A stretch of 64,000 bases of DNA, taken from contig CAVYBJ010000012.1 of the NCBI GenBank assembly GCA_963766685.1, positions 17,500 to 81,499 on the forward strand, given 5' to 3'. Shown piece by piece: positions 17,352 to 28,041 of this stretch (within the stretch, counting starts at the first letter, position 1; each line of letters begins with the position of its first letter). The stretch comes from an uncultured Chloroflexia bacterium. Its GTDB lineage: Bacteria; Chloroflexota; Limnocylindria; Limnocylindrales; CSP1-4. The position numbers and the translations under genes were made by a program. Under the pieces are notes generated by a model that saw only the letters and a list, made by a program, of their open reading frames with translations, was not told the origin of the DNA and ran no database searches.

Positions 17352-20226
17352 TCACGGTGCGGCCAGGAGCTCGATGTCGTCGGAGAAGACGTCCGACCAG
17401 TGGCCCGCGGCATCGCGGACCTGGCCGTACACGGCCCTCGGTCCCGTGCCTGGCGTGCCGCCCAGCCCCGGATCCGCGAGGTCCCAGGCCAGGGTCTGCC
17501 GGGCGGGCACGGTGATGCCGACCTGGAGCTGCCCGCCCGCGCCGAGGGCCGGGCTGTTGGAGACCCGCAGGTGGGTCACCCAGGTGGAGGCGTCCGCGTA
17601 GCCGATCGCCAGGTCCACTGCCGGGTCACTCGTGCTGGCGGCACCGGCGTCGATGCTCAGCGACCCGGTCGGCTTGTCCGTGTCGTCGGCGCAGGCGTAG
17701 ATGCGCACGTCGTCCACGTACCAGCCGCGACCACTCACGGCGCGGTCGGAGGCCATCCGGAAGCGGAGGCGCAGCCACTGCCCGGCGAAGGACGAGAGGT
17801 CCACGCGAGCCGAGGACCAGCCGTGCGAGTCACCCGTCCAGGCCCGCGTGCCGGCCAGGGCATTGCCGGTCCCCCGGGCGATCGTGCCGTTGTAGCCCCC
17901 GTGGGTGAGCAGCTTGTTCACGCCCTGCCACGGTCCGCCTCCGGCCCTGACCTCCACGATGCCCCCGTCGTAGCGGCGCGAACCCGCCGCGTCGAAGGAG
18001 TAGCCGTGCCCGAAGTGCAGGAAGGCACCCTCCGGCAGCCTGACCGGGTCACGGAGCTGGATGATGGCGTCGGAGCGGGTGCCGTAGTCGGCGGCGTAGA
18101 AGTTCGTCTGGCCACTCGACGCCCAGGTGCCGTCCCAGGCCGGGTCGTCGTTGGGGTTCTGGGGGTAGTACCAGCCCTTGCGCGAACCCTCCAGCCGCTG
18201 CACGACCCAGCGGCCCGCCCCGGGATCCTCCAGGTCGTCGGCGAAGACGTCCACGGGGCGCCGGCCCGGAGCGCAGAGCGGTGCCTGCCGCGGTGCCAGC
18301 GCGCGTGGCTCGAGGTGCATCTGCGTGGCCCGCGTGGCATCGCGCACCGAGGCGCAGTGCGCCATGGTCAGGCCGCCACTGCCGGCCAGGTCGGCACAGG
18401 CCGCCACGAGCGCGTCGGCCAGGTCGACGTAGTTGGCGGCCGGTGTCAGCCGCGTCGTGACGGCCTGGTAGAAGACGCGGGCCGTGCGAGCCTCCCCGAT
18501 GCCGGCCACGCGGTAGCCGCGGAAGGCGCCGCCGTCGGCCATGAGCGACGGCGGCCTTGTTGCCGACACCGCTGTTGCGGTGGACGCCGCCGTCGTCGGC
18601 GGGGCTGTGCTGCCAGCGCGGGCTGCGCACCCGGTCCGGGTGCCCGAAGCGGCCCGGGTCCTGCATGTCCCGGAAGGCGCCGCGGGGCGTGTCCTCGCCG
18701 ATGAGCCAGCGCGAGGCGGGCGTGTCCGTGCCGGTCGGGTCGGCGAGGTCCAGGAGCTCGCCGAAGACGTCGGTCAGTGATTCGTTGATGGCGCCCGACT
18801 GGTACTGGTAGAAGAGGGGCACCTCGTGGTCGAGCAGGCCGTGGAAGAACTCGTGGGCGACGACGTCGTCCGCGCGCGCCCAGCCGGAGCCGAAGACGGC
18901 CTGTTGCTCTCGCCACTTCCACTCGGCGTTGCGCCAGGGGCATCCGTAGGCGGCGCAGTAGCGCACGGTCGCCTTCATCCGCGACCCCTGGCCGTCCAGC
19001 CCGTCGCGCCCGAAGGTGGCGGCGAGGTAGGCGTCCAGCGAGCCCATCAGCCGGTAGGCGGCATCCACGTCGGCGATGCCCGTCACGGCCTGCCCCTCGC
19101 GCCGCGCGAACGGCGGGTCGCAGCGCAGCGGCCGTCCCGGCAGGCTCCGGTTGTCGCAGACGAAGCGCTCCACGCCATAGACGCGCCCGATGGACGCCAG
19201 GACCTGCCCGCCGCGGGCGTCGACGACCACGAGCTGGTCGCGGGCCTCCGCTCGCCCGCTCGCGGGTAGACGGGCACCGATGCGCCAGGCCAGCCGGGCG
19301 GCCGATGGACCCTCGAAGCCGTCGCCCATGATGCGCGGGTCGTAGATGGCGAGGCCCTCGGACCGGGTGCTGACCGCCGAGGGTGCGCGGCCCGTGTCGC
19401 GTGCCAGCCACGTGGCGGCGATGCGAGCGGCCTCCTCCGCACCGAGGCGCGGCCGGGTCGCCATCCGCGTCGCCGACGGCAGCACCTCGCCGGCAGCCGA
19501 GATGACCGCGCCCTGGTCGGAGACCTGGACGACGATCTGGCCGCCCATGACGGGCAGGCCGCCGCGGACCTGGTCGAAGCGCACCGTCACGCTGAAGGGA
19601 CCCCCTGTCGACCGAGGCCGACCGCGGTCCCGCGCGTGACGGCGCGGTCACGAGCGCCATCGCGGGGCGACGCCGCGGGACCCGTGGGCCGCGGCAGGTC
19701 ATGGCGCCGGGCAGGCCCTGGGCGCAGCTCGCGGTCGGTCGACGCCAGGCCGAAGAGCCGGCCGTACCGGTCCAGGAAGCGCCTGAGCGCGCGAGCGCGC
19801 CTCGGCCATCGTGAAGGGCCGCGAACCAGCCACGACAGCGGCAGGGCCGGGCACCAGCGGCCGCCCGGGAGTCCCCGAGAGGGATCGCACCCGACCGGTC
19901 CCCGGGTGGTACCCCAGTCGGGTCTGCGGCGGCAGGCCGCCGAGCAGGTCGCGGTCCCGCTTGCGGATGCCCCCGGCACTGATGGGCCGGGCTGCCCAGC
20001 CGCCATGTCGGGTCGGCGCGTCGCGGACGGCCGGGCCGGGGTCACGCCCCCCGTGCCCCGCGGCCCGGGCGACCCCGGCCGACCCCGAGGGCACGATCGC
20101 CGAGAGCGCCAGCAGCACCGCGAGGAAGGTGACCCGGACCGTCGGGCGGCGCCGAGGACCGGACCCGTGCCGGAGGCCAGGCTCGTGCCGGAGGCCGGGC
20201 TCGTGCCAGGTCACCATGGCCGGCAT
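17352..20226 (-). CDS. Secreted M4 (thermolysin-like) zinc metalloprotease with extra C-terminal jelly-roll and Ig-like domains, multiple frameshifts
   Basis: VAHEFFHGLLDH (HExxH) and GAINESLTDVFGE (third Zn ligand). The propeptide/FTP-like part is spread over ORFs 19699..20370, 19587..20045 and 18049..19590. The catalytic C-terminus continues in ORF 17352..18569 (NSGVGNKAA|..MADGGAFRGYRVAGIGEARTARVFYQA). The extra domain ends in WLRLRFRMASD...GWYVDDVRIYAC. Signal peptide VTFLAVLLALSAIVPSGSAGVARAAG. Confidence 0.8.
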
Positions 20227-20376
20227 CGAAGGCGCGCCGTCACCGGACGACACGCTCGGGGGGTGGGCATGACGGCCCACAGGGTACACGAGGCGATCGA
20301 CGACCCCGGCGCCGATGCCGAGCGTCCTCATGCCCGAGCTCACTCGCACGGCCGTGGCGCGGACTACCATGCGGCG

Positions 20377-21812
20377 ATGCGCACCCTCATCACCAACGGG
20401 ACCGTCGTCAACGCCAGCGGCTCCTGCCGCGCTGACGTCCTCATCGAGGGCGAGACGATCGCGGCCGCTGGGGCTGCCGAGGAGCGATGCCCCGGCCGAC
20501 AGCCCCGGCCGATGCCTCGATGCCGTCGCTCGCTGCGGCCAGCGTGGACCGCGTCATCGATGCCCGCGGGCGACTCGTCATCCCGGGCGGCATCGACCCC
20601 CACACGCACATGGAGCTGCCCGTGGCCGGCACGGTCTCGCGGGACACCTTCGAGAGCGGCACCCGGGCCGCGGCCTTCGGCGGCACCACGACCATCATCG
20701 ACTTCGCCGGCCAGACGCGCGGGCGGCCACTGCGCGAGGGCCTGGAGACCTGGATGGCCCGCGCCGAAGGTCGCTGCGCCATCGACTACGGCTTCCACAT
20801 GATGGTCAACGACGTGGATGACGCCACGCTGATGGAGATGGACGCCTTCGTGGCGGAGGGCGTCACGACGTTCAAGCTCTTCACGGCCTACCCGGGCGTG
20901 CAGCTCTCCGACGACGGCGCCATCCTGCGGGCCATGCTGCGGACCGCCGCCAACGGCGGGCTCATCCTCATGCACGCCGAGAACGGCGTGGCCATCGACG
21001 TCCTCGCCGCGGCCAACGCTGAGGCCGGCCGGACCGAGCCCTGGTTCCACGGCGTCTCCCGCCATCCCGGCCTGGAGGCCGAGTGCGTGGCGCGCGTCAT
21101 CCGCCTGGCCGAGGCGGCGGACGTGCCCGTCTACATCGTCCACCTGAGCTCACGCGATGCCCTCGAAGAGGTCGTGCGCGGGCGCGGGCGCGGGGCACGC
21201 GTCCTGGCCGAGACCTGTCCGCAGTACCTCTTCCTCTCGCTGGACGACCTGGGCAACGGCTTCGAGGGTGCCAAGTTCGTCTGCTCGCCGCCGCTCCGAC
21301 CACGCGACCACCAGGCAGCCCTCTGGCGCGGCCTGGCCGACGACGTCCTGCAGCTGGTCGCGACCGACCACTGCCCCTTCGACTTCGTGGGCCAGAAGGA
21401 GCTCGGCCGGGGCGACTTCCGCCACATCCCCAACGGCCTGCCCGGCGTGGAGGAGCGCCTCGACCTGCTCTTCCAGGGGGTCGTGCAGGGGCAGCTGAGC
21501 GTGGAGCGCTGGGTGGAGGTGAGCTCGACCGCGGCAGCGCGGATCTTCGGCCTGGCCGGGCGGAAGGGCGTCATCGCCCCCGGCTACGACGCCGACATCG
21601 TCGTCTACGACCCCCAGCGGCGACACGTCCTCTCCGCCACGACGCACCACATGGCCGTGGACTACTCCTGCTACGAGGGCCGGGAGGTGCAGGGCGGCAG
21701 CGACATCGTGATCTCGCGCGGGCAGGTCATCGTGGAGGACGGCACGTACCTGGGCCGCCCGGGCGATGGACGCTTCCTGCCGCGGCAGGCGACGGGCAGC
21801 GAGCTGGACTGA
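20377..21812 (+). CDS. Dihydropyrimidinase / D-hydantoinase (cyclic amidohydrolase), one frameshift
   Basis: ATG 20377 gives MRTLITNGTVVNASGSCRADVLIEGETIAAAG. The frame switches at ~20480 into ORF 20487..21812 (GGIDPHTHMELP, TFKLFTAYPG, LMHAENG, VHLSS, ATDHCPF, DADIVVYDP). Confidence 0.85.
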
Positions 21813-21834
21813 GAGCCGCCCTCAGCCCCGCGGT

Positions 21835-21900
21835 GTCGCGAGCGGCTGCGTGGCCAGCGGTCGCGTGGCGCGACGCTCAGCGCGGTCGCGAGGCGCGAGG
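21835..21900. repeat. ~22-bp imperfect tandem repeat (3 units) in a convergent intergenic spacer
   Basis: GTCGCGAGCGGCTGCGTGGC / CAGCGGTCGCGTGGCGCGACGCT / CAGCGCGGTCGCGAGGCGCGAGG. The last two units contain TCGCG-NGG-CGCGA mini-hairpins. It lies between the dihydropyrimidinase stop (21812) and the HAD stop (21902). Confidence 0.6.
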
Positions 21901-21901
21901 T

Positions 21902-22597
21902 TCAGCGCGCTGCGGGCGGCCAGCGCACGATCAGGCCGCCGGCCTCCCCATCCGGGCGGATGACGACCTGGTCCAGCGTCGCCACGAGATGGTCGGCCTC
22001 GGCCAGCTGCGCCGCGTCGTGCGTGGAGAGCACGCCCAGCACCGTGGCGCCGGCGGCCCGGGCAGCGCTGACGCCCGCCGGCGCGTCCTCCAGCACCAGG
22101 CACTGCCGCGGATCCACGCCGAGCAGCTCCGCCGCCCGGAGGTAGGGGTCGGGCGCCGGCTTGCCGCGGGCCACGTCTTCGACCGTGACGATGACGGCCG
22201 GCAGCGGCAGGCCGATGTGCGCCAGCCAGCGCTGCGCCATGGTCCGCGGCGCGCTCGTGGCGATGGCCCAGCGCTCTGCCGGGATGGCACCCGCCAGCTC
22301 CAGGGCACCCGGGATGGCCAGCACGCCGGCCGCGGAGGGGTCGTCTGCGAGGCCATCGTTGAAGCGCCGCGCCTCGGCCACGGGGTCCAGGTCCGGTGCC
22401 ACGAGGCGGATGGTCTCCGCCGCCGGGCGGCCGGGGTGCACGGCGATGATGTGCGCAGGAGCGATGCCGTGACGCTCGGCCCACTGCTCCCAGTGGTGGT
22501 CGTAGACGCCGCCGGTGTCCACCAGCACGCCGTCCATGTCGCTGATGAGCGCGGCCACGTGCAGCTCGGACACGGCCGGACCGTCAGTCTCGTTCAC
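21902..22597 (-). CDS. HAD-superfamily hydrolase (beta-phosphoglucomutase-like subfamily IA)
   Basis: Intact 231-aa ORF. Motif [12 protein letters not shown], motif II ATSA, motif [13 protein letters not shown] ... [10 protein letters not shown]. Confidence 0.8.
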   Translation of the reverse strand: MNETDGPAVSELHVAALISDMDGVLVDTGGVYDHHWEQWAERHGIAPAHIIAVHPGRPAAETIRLVAPDLDPVAEARRFNDGLADDPSAAGVLAIPGALELAGAIPAERWAIATSAPRTMAQRWLAHIGLPLPAVIVTVEDVARGKPAPDPYLRAAELLGVDPRQCLVLEDAPAGVSAARAAGATVLGVLSTHDAAQLAEADHLVATLDQVVIRPDGEAGGLIVRWPPAAR

Positions 22598-22623
22598 CTG
22601 TGCGCGCAGCGTCCGGTGGCCCG

Positions 22624-23571
22624 TCAGCCCCGCAGCTCCCCCATGGCCACCAGCTTGTCCACGAGGTCCTGGACCGCGGCCGCCGAGCGGTCGAAGGCCT
22701 GCTGCTCCTCGGCCGTCAGGCCGATCTCCACGACGCCCTCCACGCCGTTGCTCCCGAGGCGGGTGGGCACGCCGACGTACAGGCCGTCCACGCCGTACTG
22801 GCCTTCCAGGTAGGCGGCACAGGGCAGGATCATGTGCCGGTTGTTGACGATGGCATCGACCATGGCACCCACGGAGGCGGCCGGCGCGTAGAAGGCCGAG
22901 CCGGTCTTGAGCAGGGCGACCACCTCTGCGCCGCCGTCCCGGGTGCGCTGCACGATGGCGTCGATGCGGTCCTGGGTCATGAGCTCCGTGATGGGCACGC
23001 CGCCGACGGTCGAGTAGCGCGGCAGGGGCACCATCGTGTCACCGTGCCCGCCCAGCACGAAGGCGTTGGTGTTGGCCACCGAGACGCCCAGCTCCATGGC
23101 GATGAAGGTGCGGAAGCGCGACGAATCGAGCACGCCGGCCATGCCCACGACCCGGTCGGAGGGCAGGTCGCTGGCCTCCAGGGCCACGTGGCACATGGCG
23201 TCGAGCGGGTTGGTGACGATGATGACGATGGCTTCTGGCGAATAGGAGACGGCCTGCTCGACGACGCTGCGCACGATGCTCGCGTTCTTGGCCAGCAGGT
23301 CGTCACGGCTCATGCCCGGCTGCCGGGCGATGCCGGAGGTCACGACGATGACGTCCGAGCCGGCCGTGTCCGCGTAGTCGGTCGTGCCCTGGATGACCAT
23401 GTCGTAGCCGGTCACCGGGGCCGCCTCGGCCAGGTCGAGGGCCTTGCCCTGGGCGAGGCCCTCGACGATGTCCACGAGCCAGACGTCGGCCATGCCCTGT
23501 TCCATGATGCGCTGGGCAGTGGTAGCGCCGACGTTGCCGGCGCCGATCACGGTGACGAGCGGATTAGCCAT
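22624..23571 (-). CDS. mdh: Malate dehydrogenase (LDH-like MDH family)
   Basis: Intact 315-aa [13 protein letters not shown] Rossmann motif, [14 protein letters not shown] substrate-Arg loop, [17 protein letters not shown]. Confidence 0.9.
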   Translation of the reverse strand: MANPLVTVIGAGNVGATTAQRIMEQGMADVWLVDIVEGLAQGKALDLAEAAPVTGYDMVIQGTTDYADTAGSDVIVVTSGIARQPGMSRDDLLAKNASIVRSVVEQAVSYSPEAIVIIVTNPLDAMCHVALEASDLPSDRVVGMAGVLDSSRFRTFIAMELGVSVANTNAFVLGGHGDTMVPLPRYSTVGGVPITELMTQDRIDAIVQRTRDGGAEVVALLKTGSAFYAPAASVGAMVDAIVNNRHMILPCAAYLEGQYGVDGLYVGVPTRLGSNGVEGVVEIGLTAEEQQAFDRSAAAVQDLVDKLVAMGELRG

Positions 23572-23639
23572 GGGGCGGGCGACTCCTCAAGATGGTCGGA
23601 CAGCGGTGAATCCTACTCCCCGGCGGGGAGGCTCAGGGG

Positions 23640-24314
23640 TCAGCGGCCGGGAACGAGCGACGGCTCCGCCAGCGGCAGGGTCACGCTCACCGTGGCTCCC
23701 TCGCCCGGCCGCGAGTCCACGTCGATGCTGCCCCCGGCACCACCGACGATGGCAGCCAGCACGCTGAGGCCCTGGCCGCTGCCGCCGCGATCGCGCTTGG
23801 TCGTGAAGCCCGCTTCGAAGAGGTGCTCGAGGGCCTCGTCCGTGAAGCCCGGGCCCGTGTCCGCCACGACGATGCGGGCGGTGTCCTCCGAGGCGCGGCT
23901 GGTCGTGATGCTCAGCACGCCGCCGTCGTCCATGGCGTCCCGGGCGTTCATCACCAGGTTGAGGACGATGCGCTCCACGCGGAGCTTGGAGATGGTGACG
24001 TGAGCGCCCTCCGACTCCGGCTCCAGGCGCATCTCCACGGAGGTCGGCAGCAGGGCATCCAGCAGGCGGCGCATGGCGTTGACGGTGCTGTCCAGGTTGA
24101 CGGCCACCAGCGCGGCCGCCGGATCGTGGCCGTCCAGCTGATCGATGAGCTCGAAGAGCGCCGCCGTCACGACCACGGCATGGGCGACGTCCTCGCGGGC
24201 CGGGTCATCCGGAGAGAGGCCCCGGAGCGCCAGCTCGGCGTGACCCCGCACGGCGGTGAGCAGGTTGCGCATGTCGTGGCTGATCGTGCGCAGCGTCTCA
24301 GGCCCCAGCTCCAT
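23640..24314 (-). CDS. Small soluble histidine kinase (HisKA + HATPase_c only, no sensor or TM domain)
   Basis: ATG 24314. H-box ISHDMRNLLTAV, N-box LNLVMNARDA, G1 DTGPGF, G2 GSGQGLS. About 224 aa. No response regulator in the window. Confidence 0.8.
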   Translation of the reverse strand: MELGPETLRTISHDMRNLLTAVRGHAELALRGLSPDDPAREDVAHAVVVTAALFELIDQLDGHDPAAALVAVNLDSTVNAMRRLLDALLPTSVEMRLEPESEGAHVTISKLRVERIVLNLVMNARDAMDDGGVLSITTSRASEDTARIVVADTGPGFTDEALEHLFEAGFTTKRDRGGSGQGLSVLAAIVGGAGGSIDVDSRPGEGATVSVTLPLAEPSLVPGR

Positions 24315-24384
24315 GGGGGCAGCATAGCGATGATGGGCCGTGTCGGCGGAGGATGGGCCGCATCGGCGCTGGCATACTCCGGAC

Positions 24385-25260
24385 ATGAGAGGCCCCGGCA
24401 GCTTGAACGTCGCCCTGGAACGCACGCTGGGCCGCGGCCGGGCTCGACGGCTCCGCGGCCAGCTCATGGGGCGCGGACACCTGCTGCCGGACTTCATCAT
24501 CATCGGCGCCGCGCGCAGCGGCACCACGCACCTGCTCGGGCAGCTCAACGCGCACCCCAACGTGCTGCCCGGTCCACGCGAGACGCACTTCTTCGACAGT
24601 CACCGCTACACCTACGGGCTGCCCTGGTATCGCCTTCGCTTCCCGGCCAGCGGGGCCCGTCGGGACGCCGTCGCCCACGGCCTGCAGCCCGTCCTCACGG
24701 GGGAGTCGAGCCCCTCGTACCTCTCCCACCCCAACGCACCGGCCCGCGTGGCCCGGGCCGTCCCGGACGCCCGGCTGCTCGTCCTCCTCCGCGACCCGAC
24801 CGCCCGCGCCGCCTCGCACTGGGCGTGGTCCCTGCGCCAGCACGGCGAGACACGCTCCTTCCGCGAGGCCATCGAGGCCGAGATCGGGCCGCCGGGCGAC
24901 CGCGCCGGCATCCGCATCCCGCGCGACAAGCGCCCTTCCGACCCCCTCGTCGTGCGGCGCGGCATCTACCAGCCGCAGCTGGAGCGCTGGCAGACCCACT
25001 TCGCCAGGGACCAGATCATGGTCATCCAGAGCGAGCGCTGGTTCCGCGACCCGGTGGGCATCATGGCCGAGGTCTGCGACTTCCTGGGCCTGCCACGGCT
25101 GGAGCGACTGCCACGCGTCATGCGCAATCGCAACAAGCCCCACGAGCCCTACGACCCGGAGGTGCTGGCACGGCTGCGCGAGTTCTATCGACCCTACAAC
25201 GAGGAGCTCGCCGACCGCCTGGACATGGACCTCGACTGGGACGACCAGCCAGGGCCCTGA
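24385..25260 (+). CDS. PAPS-dependent sulfotransferase-family protein
   Basis: DFIIIGAARSGTTHL (5'-PSB loop) and LLVLLRDPTARAASHW (3'-PB motif). Intact. The ORF track starts at 24340, but ATG 24385 is more plausible. Confidence 0.8.
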   Translation: MRGPGSLNVALERTLGRGRARRLRGQLMGRGHLLPDFIIIGAARSGTTHLLGQLNAHPNVLPGPRETHFFDSHRYTYGLPWYRLRFPASGARRDAVAHGLQPVLTGESSPSYLSHPNAPARVARAVPDARLLVLLRDPTARAASHWAWSLRQHGETRSFREAIEAEIGPPGDRAGIRIPRDKRPSDPLVVRRGIYQPQLERWQTHFARDQIMVIQSERWFRDPVGIMAEVCDFLGLPRLERLPRVMRNRNKPHEPYDPEVLARLREFYRPYNEELADRLDMDLDWDDQPGP

Positions 25261-25414
25261 AGGGCCAGGGCCCGTGGTGCGACGATCGATCCGGCCTGCG
25301 GCAGCCGGTGGATGACACGCCGGGGCCCGCCACCGGCCCGGGTCGGCGCCGCGTGGTAGGGTCGCGCCTAGCCGTGACCATCGACATCGCCCGGGCGGCA
25401 TCTGCGCGCGCCCG

Positions 25415-27945
25415 GATGCCCGACTCCCGCCACCGAGCCATCCGACGGATGCTCCTCGTGTCCCTCGTCGCCGTGACGCTGCTCGCCGGGGATCTCCTCG
25501 TGGCGACATCGGGGCACGCGCTGCCTGGCCCGCAGGGACTGCCGGGCACGGCGCCCGCCCGTGCCGAGGCCGCCCAGACCGGCGGCTCGTGCTCGGCCGG
25601 GTGGCGCGAGCTGCCCATCCCGGACGGGACGTTCATCTCGACGCCCTTCGACATCGTCTCGCGCGAGGGGGAGCCCGCCTGGATCCTGGGCGGCGCCAGC
25701 ACGGGCATCCTGGCGCTGCGCTGGGACGGCTCGGCGTGGCTGCGGGCTGGCACCAGCGCCGGCGGCCACCGCGGCCTCGTCGGCGGGGCGCTCCTCGGAG
25801 ACGACCGGGTGCTCGGCGTGGGCTACTACCGCAAGGTCGTGGGCGAGGGTGAGGGAGCCATGGAGCCCATCAGCGGCAAGCTGACCAGCGCCTACTGGAA
25901 GGCCATCGGCGTGCCCGACCCGGCCGGCCCACGGGCCATGCTCGCCGACGTGGCGGCCCTGCCCGACGGTAGCGCCTGGGCCGTGGGCACCCGACTGGAG
26001 GACGGGCTCCTGCGACGCCTACGCCGCTCCGCTGGGCAGGCGCTCGATGGCGGCCCGCGAGCCCGACATCGGCGGAGCGGGCGGCCTGACGGCCATCGAG
26101 CGCGCCCCGGGCGGCACCGTCTGGGCGGTCGGCTGGCGAGCCGCCGGGCGCGGGGCCCCGCGCCCGGCCATCGTGCGACAGGACGGCAAGGCCTGGCGAA
26201 CGGTGGAGGTCCCACGCCTGCCCGCTGGCGTCGCCGTGCTCACGGACGTGGCCTTCCGCGCTGCCCGGGAGGGCTACGCGGTGGGCTACCTCGCGGTCGA
26301 TGGCAGTGACCGCCACCAGGCCCTCCTGCTGCGCTGGGACGGCCGCCGCTGGGAACGCCAGCCCCTCCCCTGGGCGGGCGATGCGGCCGCCATCCCCCGC
26401 TCCGTGGCCATCGGCGCCGATGGCACGCTCTGGATCGCCGGAGCACAGACACCCACCGAGCAGCGCGAGGCGCGGGGGTTCGTCGCCCACCGCAGCGCCG
26501 GCCACTGGTCGCTCGACGTGCTGGGCGTGCCGGACGGGGTCCGCTCGGAGGTCATGGCCGTGGCAGCCTCGCCCCGCGGAGCCCTCATCACGGCCAGCGT
26601 GGCCGCCTCCCTGCTCATCATGGAGACCTGCCCGCAGGGCACGGCAACGGCACGCGCCGGCGACGGGAACGGCGGGCGCATGAAGGTCAGCCGCATCCAG
26701 GCCAGGCGCCGGACCAACCGCTCGGCGGCCGCCGAAGACTGGCACGGCGGGCCTCCGACGAGTCGCGGGACCTTCGTGCCGGCCGATGCCAGGCTCCAGC
26801 GGCTGGGCAGGCCGGTGGCGCCGAGCGGCTTCGTCGTCGAGGACCGCGCCGCGGCGACGGGACTGGCACAGGTGACCGAGACGTTCGGCGGCTTCGTCAC
26901 GGACTTCGACGGCAACGGCTACCAGGACGTCTTCTACAGCCGCCACGGCGGCACGCTGCCCCGCCTGGCCATGAACGGGGCGGGCGGCTTCAGCGACGCT
27001 GGCACCGATGCCTTCAGCCCCGTGGACCGTCACGGCTGCGACCACGCCGACGTGGACCGCGACGGCAACCAGGACATCCTCTGCTCGGTCGGCGCCCAGC
27101 GTGGCAAGGCCATCCGGCGACACGAGCTCTCGTCGGCCCCCGACAAGCCCGGGGGCCACCTCGTCCGCGGGACCATGGGCATCTCGGACCCCCTGGGGCG
27201 AGGTCGGAACGTGGCCTTCATCCGCCTTGACAAGGACGCCTGGCCGGATGTCTTCATCGGCAACGCGCCCGACCGGGAAGACGGGCTGCCGAGCAGCAAC
27301 CGCTTCTACCGGAACGTGAAGGGCACCTTCGTCCCGGCGCCGGGCGTTGGCCTTGACAGCACGCACGGGACGCTCTGCACGGAGGTCGGCGACGTCGACG
27401 CGGACGGCGACCAGGATCTCGCCTACTGCACGGCCTACGACTTCGCGGGGCGGCCGGCCGGCTTGCGCCTCATGGTCAACCGTGCCGGCCGGCTCGTGGA
27501 CCGCACGGAGGCCCAGGGCATCTCGCCCATCGGGGACGTCGACGTCGCCTTCGCCGACGTCGACGGCGACGGCCGCAAGGACCTCATCCAGGTGGCGCCG
27601 AGCCTGCTGCGCGTCAGCCTCGCGACGAAGACCGGCTACCGCCGCATCTTCGAGGCTCGCCTCTCGGCGGCGGTGGCCGTGGCCGCCGGCGACGTCGATG
27701 GCGACGGCCGTGCGGACATCTACATCGCCTGCGGCGACGACGACCGGAACCGCAAGGACCTGCTGCTGCTCAGCGTGCGTGGCGGGCGGTCCTTCACGTC
27801 GATCCGCATCCCGCAGACCGCGGAGGGCCTGGCCGACGACGTCATGGCCATCGACCACGATGGCAACGGCCGCACCGACTTCGTCGTCCTCAACGGCCGT
27901 CAGCGTCCGGGCCCGGTGCAGCTGCTGGCCGCCTTCCCGGCATGA
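25415..27945 (+). CDS. Secreted double-propeller protein, paralogue 1: N-terminal RWDGxxW-repeat propeller plus C-terminal 7x FG-GAP/VCBS propeller. About 2 frameshifts
   Basis: Signal peptide MLLVSLVAVTLLAGDLLVATSGHA. Repeats ILALRWDGSAWL, PLRWAGARW (third frame, ~26005-26045), LLLRWDGRRWE, with WAVG/AVGY strands. The C-terminus has DxDxDG repeats (DFDGNGYQD, DVDRDGNQD, DVDADGDQD, DVDGDGRKD, DVDGDGRAD, DHDGNGRTD). Confidence 0.8.
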
Positions 27946-28041
27946 GCGGCCGTCTCTCCGCCGCCCGGGGTACTGCCGGCACGCCGCGGGACCGTACTAC
28001 CGACCCCGGGTGCGGAGAAGTGCGGTGCGGTCTAATCTCGC

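Noticed and set aside
20140-20200. 15-bp tandem duplication (HEPGLRHEPGLR) near the M4 protease N-terminus
   Set aside because: It is a short in-frame slippage duplication upstream of the signal peptide, possibly before the true start. I saw no functional implication.
22600-24003. 467-aa + strand ORF
   Set aside because: It lies antisense to mdh and the histidine kinase. It is Arg/Gly/His/Asp-rich with no family-like motifs, which is the usual long shadow ORF of a GC-rich genome.
23823-26309. 828-aa + strand ORF
   Set aside because: The first ~530 codons run antisense to the histidine kinase and out of frame through the sulfotransferase. Only the last ~200 codons (from ~25415) are the genuine N-terminus of propeller paralogue 1.
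25870-27858. 662-aa - strand ORF
   Set aside because: Antisense shadow of the FG-GAP double-propeller gene. The composition is dominated by Arg/Ala/Gly/Asp and I saw no motifs.
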